DNA of 64,000 nucleotides, taken from an uncultured Acidimicrobiales bacterium (GTDB taxonomy: Bacteria; Actinomycetota; Acidimicrobiia; Acidimicrobiales; SHLQ01). The position numbers and the translations under genes were made by a program. Under the pieces are notes generated by a model, which saw only the letters and a program-made list of their open reading frames with translations, was not told the origin of the DNA and did not search any database. The DNA is taken from assembly GCA_937934655.1 (NCBI GenBank), contig CALGZB010000023.1:2908-66907 (forward strand), written 5' to 3'. Shown here piece after piece: positions 57,301 to 64,000 of the stretch. How positions within the stretch are numbered: the stretch's first letter is position 1; each line of letters starts with the position of its first letter.

Positions 57301-60300
57301 ACAGGCGTTGCCGACGGAAGTGGTGTGCCGCCCGAGTCACTTGGGGTACCTGCGGCGGTTGCGGTGTTGATGAGGTCGCCGCTAATGGTCGAATCGATGT
57401 AGAACATCACGGACTCGAGTGGCGAGAGAACCGTGTCGCCACTGGCGATGAGCGTTACTGGGCCGACGTCGGGGTCGTCGACGTTAACGCTCGAAAGGGT
57501 CGTGCTGGCATCGGTATTAGTGACTTCAAAGCAGTAGGTAACCGCATCGCCGTTGAGTCCGGTGACGAGGTTTCCGCCACCGCAGGAAGCGCCAGCGTCG
57601 TGACCGGCATAGACGGTTTTGATGATGCTGAGGGCAGCGTCGGCTTCGACGACCGATGCGGTGTCGGTGTCTTGGACAGGGGTGCTGCCGGGAAGCGGGT
57701 CACCGGCCGAGTTGGTGGGTTCACCGGCCGCGGTTGCGGTGTTGACCAGATCGCCGCTGATGGTGGTCGCGAAGGCATACATCGCCGACGCACCGGGGGC
57801 GAGCGGGACGGTTCCGGTCACGAGGGTTGGGTCGCTCGCGCCGAAAGGAAGGTCCGGGTCGGTCACGACGACGTTAGCGAGCGGAGCGTCGCCGGTGTTG
57901 GTGACTTGGAAGCAATAGACGACGTCCACGCCGTTCTGAGCGGTGACGGTTTCGCTGCCTGGGCAGGCGTTGAGGTCGGTGCCGGGGCGGACGGTCTTCT
58001 GAATCTCGACGGTTGGTGTGAGGACGTCGACCTCTGCGGTTTCGGTATCGATGACCGGGGTGACACCAGGTAGCGGAGTCCCGGTGGCATCGGCGGCTAT
58101 GGCTGTGGTCTGGGCGGTGTTTACCTGGTCAGCGGCAATCACGGGTCCGAACGAGACGGTGTCGCTGTCGCCGTTGGTGGGCAGGTCGGCGACGGCGAGT
58201 CCGACGACGCCGAGTGTTGGGTCGTCGACGGTGATGTCGGTGAGGTAGGTGTCGCCGGTGTTGGTGACTTCAAAGCAGTAGATGACCTGCGAGCCCATGG
58301 CGACTTCGAGCGTTGTCCCATCGATGCCCGCACAGGACTCGCCAAGGGGAACAGCCGTCTTCGTGAGCTGCACCGCAGGCGCAACGATGGTGATTTCGGC
58401 GGTATCGGTGGGGGAGTCGACGTCGGCGATGCCGAGCGGGTTTCCGGCGTTGTCGGCGGGTGTGCCGGTCGTGGAGGCGGTGTTGAGCTGATCACTGGCC
58501 GGGCTGGTGGTATCGAAGCGAACCACGACGGTTTCGCTTGGAGCGACGAGCGCAAGCGTGCCGGTTACCGCAGTGGTGGTTGCCGTCCCGAGTGGGCCGT
58601 AGATGTCGTCATCGATGGTGAGGTCGGCGAGGAAGGTGTCGCCGGTGTTCGTGATCGCAAAGCAGTAGGACACGGCGGAGCCCGGGGTCGCCTCGACAAC
58701 TTCGACGCCGGGGCAGATGCCGTTGACAGAAACCGTCTTGGCGACGGTTACTGCGGGGTTGACCACGTTGAGGAGTGCATCGTCGGTGTCAGTGGGGTTG
58801 GGAACACCGGGAAGGTCGCCACCTACGGCGTTGGTGGGGTTCCCGACTACCGACGCGACGTTGGCCACATTAGCGTTGCCGGCCACCACTTCGAGGTAGA
58901 CCACGACGGTTGCACCGGGATCGATGCTGGCGAGGCTGCCGCTGAGTGCGGTTTCGTTGGTGGCGTCGATGGTGATGCCGAGGGTGGTGTCGGAGATGAC
59001 GAGGTTGGAGAGGAAGGTGTCGCCGGTGTTGGTGACTTCGAAGCAGTAGGTGGCGGTGTCACCCGGGGTTGCGAGGGCGCTGTTCGTAGCCGTTGGACAG
59101 GTTGCGCCAGAATCTGAGCCGACATACACCGTCTTGTCGATGGCGACTGAGGGCGCTACTTCGGCGACCTCGGCGGTATCGAGACCGGAGCCGACGGGCG
59201 AAAGACCGGGCAGAGGTGCACCTGTCGGGGTCGATGGTGTGGCGGTTGCCGAAGCGGTGTTGATGAGGTCGCCGGCGATGATGGTTTCGTGGCTAACAGT
59301 GGCGGTTGCGGTTGGGGCGATTGGACCTGGAACGGTGAGCGAAATGCCGAGTGTTGCATCGGTGACGGTGATGTCGTTGAGGTGGGTGTCGCCGGTGTTG
59401 GTGACGGTGAAGCAGTAGGTGACGTCATCGCCGTTGAGTCCGGAGACGAGTTCGGTGCCGTCGCAGGATGCGCCGGCGTCGTGGCCGGCGTAGACCGTCT
59501 TGTCGATATCGATAGCCGGGCTGGTTTCCTCAACCTCGGCGGTGTCGGGGGCAGAGTCGACCGGGGAGGCTGATGGGAGAGGGTTGCCGCCGGAGTCGGC
59601 CGGGGTGCCGGCCGCCGTCGCGGTGTTGACGAGGTCGCCGTTGATGGTCGAGTCCACGTAGAACATCACGGTTTCGAGCGGTGACAGAAGGGTGTCGCCC
59701 GTTGCGATGAGCGTGACCGGTCCGACGTCGGGGTCGTTGATGGTCACGTTTGCGAGTGGGGTGGTTGAACTGGTGTTGGTGACTTCAAAGCAGTACGTGA
59801 CCGCGTCGCCGTTGAGCCCGGTGACGAGGTTGCCGCCGCCGCAGGATGCGCCGGCGTTGTGACCGGCGTAAACGGTCTTTACCAAGGTCATCGCTGGGTC
59901 GGCTTCGACCACGGAGGCGGTGTCGGTGTCTTGGACCGAGGAGCCGCCAGGAAGGGGGTTGCCTGCGGTGTTGGTGGGTTGGCCGGTTGCGGTTGCGGTG
60001 TTGACCAGATCGCCATTGATAGAAGACACATAGCCGAACATGGCCACGGCACCTGGAGCGAGTGGAAGGGCGCCACTGACGAGGGTGGGGTCGCTTGCTC
60101 CGAAAGGAAGGTCGGGGTCGGTAATGGTGACGTTGGCGAGCGGAGCGTCGCCGGTGTTGGTGACTTGGAAGCAGTAGACGACGTCTACGCCGTTCTGAGC
60201 GGTGACGGTTTCGCTGCCTGGGCAGGCGTTGAGGTCGGTGCCGGGGCGGACGGTTTTTTGGATGTCGATAGCCGGGGTGAGGACGTCGACCTCTGCGGTT

Positions 60301-63300
60301 TCGGTGTCGGTGACTGCGGGAACACCGGCAAGTGAGTCGCCGGCAGCGTCGGCGGGTGTGGCGGTGGTTTGTGCCGTGTTGAGCGCATCGGCTGCGGTGA
60401 CTGGCCCGAACGAGACGATGTCGCTGTCGCCGTTGGTGGGAAGATCGGCGACGGCGAGTCCGACGACGCCGAGTGTTGGGTCGTCGACGGCGATGTCGGT
60501 GAGGTAGGTGTCGCCGATGTTGGTGACTTCAAAGCAGTAAGAAACCTGCGAGCCTGAGGCGACTTCGAGGATGGCTCCATCGGTTCCGGTGCATGCGGTG
60601 CCGGCCGGAACGGCGGTCTTCACCAGTTGCACGTCGGGAGCGACCACGGTGATTTCGGCGGTATCGGTGGGGGAGTCGACGTCGGCGATGCCGAGTGGGT
60701 TTCCGGCGTTGTCGGCGGGTGTTCCAGTTGTTGAGGCGGTGTTGATCTGGTCTGCGGCAGGACTCGTGGTGTCGTATCTGACGATGACAGTTGCACCAGG
60801 GGCGACGAGGGAAAGGGTCCCCGAAATAGCCGTCGTGTTTGCGCCATCAAGTGGGCCATAGATGTCATCGTCGATGATGAGATCGGAAAGGTAGGTGTCG
60901 CCGGTATTGCTGATCGCAAAGCAGTACGAGACAGCTGTTCCAGCGATGAGGCCGACGGTCTCGACGCCCGGGCAGGAGTTGTTCGTCGACACGGTCTTGG
61001 CGATGGCGACTGATGGTTCGACGATGTTTAGCAGCGCGTTGTCGGTGTCGGTCGGGTCGGTCATCCCAGGAATGTCGGCGCCAAAGCCATCGGTTGGGTT
61101 GCCGGTGACCGAAGCGATGTTGGCCACGTTGGCGTTGCCAGCGGCTACCTCGAGATAGATCACGGCGGTGCCACCGGGAGCGAGGCCGGTGAGGCTGCCG
61201 CTGAGTGCGGTTTCGTTCGTGGCGTCGATGGTGATGCCGAGGGTGGTGTCGGAGATGACGAGGTCGGAGAGGAAGGTGTCGCCGGTGTTGGTGACTTCGA
61301 AGCAGTAGGTGACGGTGTTGCCTGGGATTGCGAGGGCGGAGCTGGTGGCGGCCGGACAGGTGGCGCCTGAGTTCGCACCGACGTAGACGAGTTTGTCGAT
61401 GGTGACGTCGGGAATGATCTGGTCGACCTCGGCGTCGTCGCTTGCGCTTGGGGCACTAATTCCCGAAAGCGGGGTTCCACCTGCAGTACTCGGTGTTCCG
61501 GTAGCTGTTGCGGTGTTCACGACATCGCCGGTGATGGTCGACTCGGAGAAAAGTGTGATGGAGTCGCCGGGCGCAAGAATGGCGGGGGCGTTCAGCGACA
61601 AGCCAAGGAGCGGGTCGGAAACCGTGACGCTCGTGAGGTGGGTGTCGCCGGTGTTGGTAACGGTAAAGCAGTAGGTGATCGCTGCACCGGCGGTGCCGGT
61701 TGAGAGTTCGCCGCCATCGCACGATGTGCCGGTGTCGTGTCCGAGATACACGGTCTTTTCGATATCGATTCCTGCGCCGACAACATCGACGGTGGTTGGG
61801 TCGCTATCGGTTGGTGGTGTGGCTGGGAGCGGATTGCCGGAAGCATCTGCTGGATCCCCGGTAACGCTGGCAATGTTGGTGAGGTCGCCGGCCGCGGTTG
61901 CGTCGAGGTAGAAGACCGCTGACTGTCCGGAGCCAAGAAGGGTCGGGTTGCCGCTAAGGAGTGTGATTGAGCCGGGATAGTTTGCGCTAAGGGCCGGGTC
62001 GTCGATGACGACGTCGGCCAACGCAACGTCACCGCTCGTGTTGGTGACGATGAAGCAATACGTGATGTCGGCTCCGGCGTTCACGGTGGTGAGATCCGCA
62101 CCGGGGCAACTTGCTCCAGAGTCGTGTCCGGCGTAGGCCGTCTTCACGATGTCGACCGCAGGGGTGGCCAGAACAACATCGGCTGTGTCGGTATCGGATA
62201 CGGGTGTCGCTCCGGGGATTGGGCTTCCGCCGGCGTCGACAGGGTCGGCGGTTACATCGGCAGTGTTGGTGAGCGTTGTGCCCATCGTCGTGACATAGCC
62301 GTAGGTGGCGCTGTCGCCAGGAGCCAGCGGGGTGCTTTCTGCGGTCACCAGTGTGAGGTCGACAGCGGTGATGCCCAGCGTCGTGTCACTGAATGTCATG
62401 TTTGCAACGTCGAGGTGAGTCTCGCCAATGTTGTTGATGTCGAAGCAGTAGGTGATGGCGACGCCGGTGCCAGCGTTGAGGGTGGGCGAACCAGGGCAGG
62501 CGGAAACGTTGCCGCCTCCGACCACGGTCTTGACGAGTTGAATCGCCGGGGTCACCACATCGACGATGGCGTCGTCGGTATCGGTAACCGAGCTGAGGCC
62601 AGGAATCGGTGTCGCTCCGTTGGCTGGAGTGCCGGTGACGCTGGCGGTGTTGGTGAGGTCGACAGCCGACGTGGGGGCGGAGGCGACGGTTACCGATGCG
62701 GCTGGGGCGAGGTCAGTGACGCTGATTGTCGATACGTCGACGCCTGCAGCGGCGAGGGTTGGGTCGCTCAGTGCAAGGTTGGTGAGGTCGGTATCGCCGG
62801 TGTTTGTGACGGTGAAGCAGTAGACGACGTTGGAGCCGGCGGCGACCTGAAGGGTCCCGCCATTTGTGCCGGGACACGACGTACCTTCGGGGACGGCGGT
62901 CTTGATGATCTGTGCGGCTGGTGCGACGACCTCGACCGAAGCGGTGTCGTCATCGGTGACCGTGCCGAGACCGAGTGATGTGCCGGTGGCATCGCTGGGT
63001 GTACCGGTGGCCGAGGCGGTGTTGGGAAGGAGATCGCCGGTAGCAGTGGTGTCGTACCGGACCGTGGCCGAGCTGCCGGGCGCGATGAGCGCAAGCGAAC
63101 CAGCGACTGGAACGAGGTTGGCTGGGTTGAAACCGGCGATGTCGGGGTCGGCGATCGTGACATTCGCCAGTGGCGTGCTTCCAATGTTGACAACTTCGAA
63201 GCAGTAGCTGAGCGCCGCTCCGAGAACCTGGGTCACCAGTTCGGTACCAGGACACGTTGCACTGGTTGAGACAGTTTTCTCCACGCGTATCGCCGGAGTC

Positions 63301-64000
63301 TCTTCGGTCACGATGGCCACATCGTCATCGGTAACTGCAGTGGCGCCGGGAATGACCGAACCATCGGGCAACGCTGGGACGGCCGTGACGTTGGCGGTGT
63401 TGGTGAAGCTGGTGGTCGCTGTGGTCTCGAAGTAGAAGACCACGCTTTCGCCAGGATTCAGTGGGTTTGGAATGGCGGCCAATGTTTGGTTGATGACCGG
63501 GTTACCGAGTGTTGGGTCCTGAACATCGATGGAGGTCAGGGGAGTGTCGCCGGTATTGGTGACGGTAAAGCAGTAGGTGACATCGACGCCGGGGATAATG
63601 GCGGCGCTGTTGGTAGCGGTTGCGCAACCGGCACCCGAGGTGTGGCCGACGATAACGTCTTTGACGAGGGTGATTCCCGGGGAGGCAACCTGCACCTCTG
63701 CGGTGTTGCTATCGGTAACCGGGTTCTGGAACGGGATAAGGGTCCCGTCGGCGTAGACAGGTATGCCTTCGGCGGTTGCGGTGTTGACGAGGTCGGCTTG
63801 AGGCGCCGGGGCTTCGTAGTACATCGTGGCGGTAGCGCCAGGAGCCAGAGGGAAGGTTGGCGTGCCGATGTATCCAAGCGGCGGGACGCCAGCATCGGTG
63901 AGGCCGAGGTCAAGGTCGTCGATGGTGATGGTGTCGAGGAACGTGTCGCCGGTGTTGGTGACTTCGAAGCAATAGGTAACGGCGGCGCCGGGGATGATGT
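51372..64000 (-). CDS. Giant cell-surface repeat protein (5' end beyond the window): at least 32 tandem DUF11-like domains plus a C-terminal sortase-type sorting signal
   Basis: 4,150-aa ORF to Met at 63824. Hand translation of 63825-64000 shows the frame stays open and encodes a further 'VTYCFEVTNTGDTFLDTITIDD' unit. 31 units carry '[YW]C[FLV]x[VI]xN[TSIV]G[DST]T'. The C-terminus is 'VAFTGSSSG' + a hydrophobic helix + 'RRED'. Confidence 0.9.
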   Translation of the reverse strand, partial: IIPGAAVTYCFEVTNTGDTFLDTITIDDLDLGLTDAGVPPLGYIGTPTFPLAPGATATMYYEAPAPQADLVNTATAEGIPVYADGTLIPFQNPVTDSNTAEVQVASPGITLVKDVIVGHTSGAGCATATNSAAIIPGVDVTYCFTVTNTGDTPLTSIDVQDPTLGNPVINQTLAAIPNPLNPGESVVFYFETTATTSFTNTANVTAVPALPDGSVIPGATAVTDDDVAIVTEETPAIRVEKTVSTSATCPGTELVTQVLGAALSYCFEVVNIGSTPLANVTIADPDIAGFNPANLVPVAGSLALIAPGSSATVRYDTTATGDLLPNTASATGTPSDATGTSLGLGTVTDDDTASVEVVAPAAQIIKTAVPEGTSCPGTNGGTLQVAAGSNVVYCFTVTNTGDTDLTNLALSDPTLAAAGVDVSTISVTDLAPAASVTVASAPTSAVDLTNTASVTGTPANGATPIPGLSSVTDTDDAIVDVVTPAIQLVKTVVGGGNVSACPGSPTLNAGTGVAITYCFDINNIGETHLDVANMTFSDTTLGITAVDLTLVTAESTPLAPGDSATYGYVTTMGTTLTNTADVTADPVDAGGSPIPGATPVSDTDTADVVLATPAVDIVKTAYAGHDSGASCPGADLTTVNAGADITYCFIVTNTSGDVALADVVIDDPALSANYPGSITLLSGNPTLLGSGQSAVFYLDATAAGDLTNIASVTGDPADASGNPLPATPPTDSDPTTVDVVGAGIDIEKTVYLGHDTGTSCDGGELSTGTAGAAITYCFTVTNTGDTHLTSVTVSDPLLGLSLNAPAILAPGDSITLFSESTITGDVVNTATATGTPSTAGGTPLSGISAPSASDDAEVDQIIPDVTIDKLVYVGANSGATCPAATSSALAIPGNTVTYCFEVTNTGDTFLSDLVISDTTLGITIDATNETALSGSLTGLAPGGTAVIYLEVAAGNANVANIASVTGNPTDGFGADIPGMTDPTDTDNALLNIVEPSVAIAKTVSTNNSCPGVETVGLIAGTAVSYCFAISNTGDTYLSDLIIDDDIYGPLDGANTTAISGTLSLVAPGATVIVRYDTTSPAADQINTASTTGTPADNAGNPLGIADVDSPTDTAEITVVAPDVQLVKTAVPAGTACTGTDGAILEVASGSQVSYCFEVTNIGDTYLTDIAVDDPTLGVVGLAVADLPTNGDSDIVSFGPVTAADALNTAQTTATPADAAGDSLAGVPAVTDTETAEVDVLTPAIDIQKTVRPGTDLNACPGSETVTAQNGVDVVYCFQVTNTGDAPLANVTITDPDLPFGASDPTLVSGALPLAPGAVAMFGYVSSINGDLVNTATATGQPTNTAGNPLPGGSSVQDTDTASVVEADPAMTLVKTVYAGHNAGASCGGGNLVTGLNGDAVTYCFEVTNTSSTTPLANVTINDPDVGPVTLIATGDTLLSPLETVMFYVDSTINGDLVNTATAAGTPADSGGNPLPSASPVDSAPDTAEVEETSPAIDIDKTVYAGHDAGASCDGTELVSGLNGDDVTYCFTVTNTGDTHLNDITVTDATLGISLTVPGPIAPTATATVSHETIIAGDLINTASATATPSTPTGAPLPGLSPVGSGLDTAEVAEVAPSVAIDKTVYVGSDSGATCPTATNSALATPGDTATYCFEVTNTGDTFLSNLVISDTTLGITIDATNETALSGSLASIDPGATVVVYLEVVAGNANVANVASVVGNPTNAVGGDLPGVPNPTDTDDALLNVVNPAVTVAKTVSVNGICPGVEVVEATPGSAVSYCFAITNTGDTFLADLTIDDDIYGPLGTATTTAVTGTLALVAPSETVVVRFDTTSPASDQLNTASTTGTPADNAGNPLGIADVDSPTDTAEITIVAPAVQLTKTAVPLGESCAGIDGTTLEVAMGSQVIYCFEVTNTGDTYLTDITVDDPTLGVVGLAVADLPTNGDSDTVSFGPVIAADQVNTAQTTAIAADATGTPLPGVTPVIDTETAEVDVLTPTVEIQKTVRPGTDLNACPGSETVTAQNGVDVVYCFQVTNTGDAPLANVVVTDPDLPFGASDPTLVTGTVPLAPGASAMYAFATTISGDLVNTATAAGEPTNSAGDPLPGSTPVQDTDTASVVEADAALSIIKTVYAGHDAGASCGGGNLVTGLNGDAVTYCFEVTNTDASTTLSSVNVDDPDVGPVTLIASGDTVLSPLESVMFYIDSTISGDLINTATAAGTPSDSGGTPLPSATPVDSAPDTAEVDQAGPGLDIDKTVYAGHDAGASCDGTELISGLNGDLVTYCFTVTNTGDTHLNDITVTDSTFGITLNVPGPIAPAATATVSHETVIAGDLINTASASGTPSTPTGSPIAGLTPVSSSTDEAEVDEVNPSISLEKTVYTSHDTGASCAGIELASGLASDDVTYCFTVTNSGDTHLDVVIEDPALGLSASGSQPTANNPAAVSPLAPGATEVFFFESTLTADLTNTADAIGTPTTAAGTPLDGIAPVSDTDTASVDLVLPQIDVAKTASTVGTCPGIEVASGLPGDAVTYCFTVTNTGDTALSDVTLADTTLGITDADMVTTAGALSLIPAGGSVTLEYIDTIAGGLINSVTATGTPSGPGGTPLGIAQVSATDTASVIEVSPSISIAKTVSTDGTCPGAEIAGVAAGAPVTYCFEVTNTGDTHLDGIVLTDPLLGLNISDPTLLAPTESVMLSAAATAATDLVNTASVSADPTDSGGNPLAGVDPVTNNDPAVVDVLTPAVELRKTVSASGTCPGVETLTGGDGVALTYCFEVHNSGTTHLDVAGMTFTDADLGITETDLVLESADSTPLAPGDSAMYSYTGATLPAGGLLNTATVSAAPVDSAGDPVPGPGGPAAPVNDTDTAEVVETDPAISIIKTVYVGHDGGAGCPGLDSQTIDSGTAVTYCFTVTNTSSVAFLANVTIDDPALGASYPGSPSATSITLLSGDASFLAPGSTAVFFVEDSANVDLTNVATTSGEPVDASGTAIPTTGDPTASDDADIDVVSPALSIDKTVYEGHNNGLLCGSAEADDLASGTNGQPVTYCFTVTNTGDTSINGVTVDDAVLGISLSNPTLLAPGDSVTLFTESTITADLVNTANATGVPSTPTGAPLPDATPPVSAPDDAAVDLVAPAILLEKTVYAGTHDAGARCATSAAELASAVAGTPVTWCFTVTNTGDTALASVTIDDAILGLNAASAATLIAVSGAAPLAPGEQLTMAFEGTLTADQVNTATATGEPTNVDGSPLPPTIDAPTDDDSASIDTVAPGIELIKTISTNGTCPGVPSIFGEIGDAITYCFEVTNVGDTELIDVTVDDVTLGLTTTDLSVVSGSLDTLAVGESAMLSYDSTISGDLLNDAETTATPSDGTGNPLPDVGPVADGSQALITEAITSIELTKTVSASGTCPGTGLTQTAEGAPITWCLTVTNTGQTFLSGLELSDPQLGLTPLNQSTLATPDPTTVTLAPAAPAALTGESVTFAVAAVATSDMTNSASIVATPSTADGDPLPGSAEDLTDSDTAEIEVLTPGITLAKTVSADGTCPGVDSIAAGNSFVVTYCFAITNSGDTPLDNIVIDDPSLNATTADMTLVSIDDDDDAVPLAPNGTMMFSIDAPVDGNLINTATVSADPLTTSGDPLPGPSGQPAPPVEDTDTASVLEAESAIAIAKTVYVGHDDGAGCPGVDATVADSGDAITYCFTVVNTDANNHLSNVTVDDATLGLTTADLNVVSGNPSDLAPGESVVFHYETLATNDLVNTASTTGEPTDSSGSPIPGVEQPTDDDSATVDVASAAIDIVKAAYMGHDGGARCPGTDPVQGTTGQEMTWCFYVTNTGDTALIDATVTDPELGLTLTHTGIMQPGTSVTLHHETVLDQGFTNTASATGTPSSPSGTPLPDVEPPTADDTGVVEVVSPGMTVNKTVYNSHDSGSGCLGEETIIADHGTDVTWCVSVTNTGDTYLGDIEIRDVALDKTTSDFTIIQGTTPLAPGETVSFFTESVVDDSLVNEVVVVAAPYGDPDGSPIPGVDPIQRIDTATLERTPFDLVIDKTLDATDGAQRTARWKFVVTNNGPGVAAGPITVEDPLPAMLTYLSGGGNGFICADGEPVTCVLEKDLAVGEKVDFTIDTKISTSATGIITNSATVSSPLGADPITGETTLENNNSAAPVTINASGQVAFTGSSSGTMIRLAMSFIALGLLFLAVSAFVRREDGLVDQA
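56885..61402 (-). repeat. Tandem duplication of a 2,259-bp (753-codon, six-domain) block inside the giant gene
   Basis: Matched landmarks have identical spacing. 'GAGGACGTCGACCTCTGCGGTTTCGGT' occurs at 58020 and 60279. 'TTGTCGATGG' occurs at 59134 and 61393. Both pairs are 2,259 bp apart. Boundaries are approximate. Confidence 0.8.

Noticed and set aside
51445-63207. Dozens of 60-280-aa + strand ORFs, and out-of-frame minus-strand ORFs, inside the giant gene
   Set aside because: They are periodic shadows of the repeat units (for example the recurring '...SPVLVTVKQ' endings), each interrupted once per unit. Only one frame stays open for 12.6 kb.

Overview
High-GC, densely coding chromosomal segment of actinobacterial type. 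The mazG-eno-ftsB ... DUF501-ppx backbone suggests this (inference from synteny). Order of content: (1) 0-8.4 kb, glycan-modification genes (GT-B and GT2 glycosyltransferases, a polytopic membrane protein, a sulfotransferase) around mazG. (2) 8.4-19.3 kb, eno-ftsB and DUF501-ppx, interrupted by a molybdo-flavoenzyme module: CoxS/CoxM-like subunits, MoxR, VWA, XdhC x2, MocA and CoxG. It has no catalytic large subunit. (3) 19.3-19.8 kb, a 525-nt gene-free gap holding an inverted-repeat element flanked by 8-bp direct repeats. (4) 20.6-25 kb, two translationally coupled Cas4-like Fe-S nuclease genes and a large VWA membrane protein. (5) tRNA-Leu(UAA), followed by a repeat-rich, A-poor spacer and an OmpR/HK two-component pair. 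(6) 29.6-39.4 kb, a taurine/sulfonate catabolic cluster: aldehyde dehydrogenase, class-III aminotransferase, TauABC-like transporter, pta, TetR and xsc. An orphan CobS/CobT-like AAA+/VWA pair follows directly. (7) 42-51 kb, assorted metabolic genes, including an EthD gene bracketed by two arrays of a 12-bp tandem repeat. (8) 51.4-64.0 kb, one giant minus-strand gene. It encodes more than 4,200 aa and runs off the window. It has at least 32 tandem DUF11-like domains, each with a conserved Cys pair, an internal 2,259-bp tandem duplication, and a C-terminal sortase-like sorting signal. All calls rest on reading the ORF translations and the DNA by eye; no database search was run. Most long ORFs antisense to these genes are high-GC artefacts.
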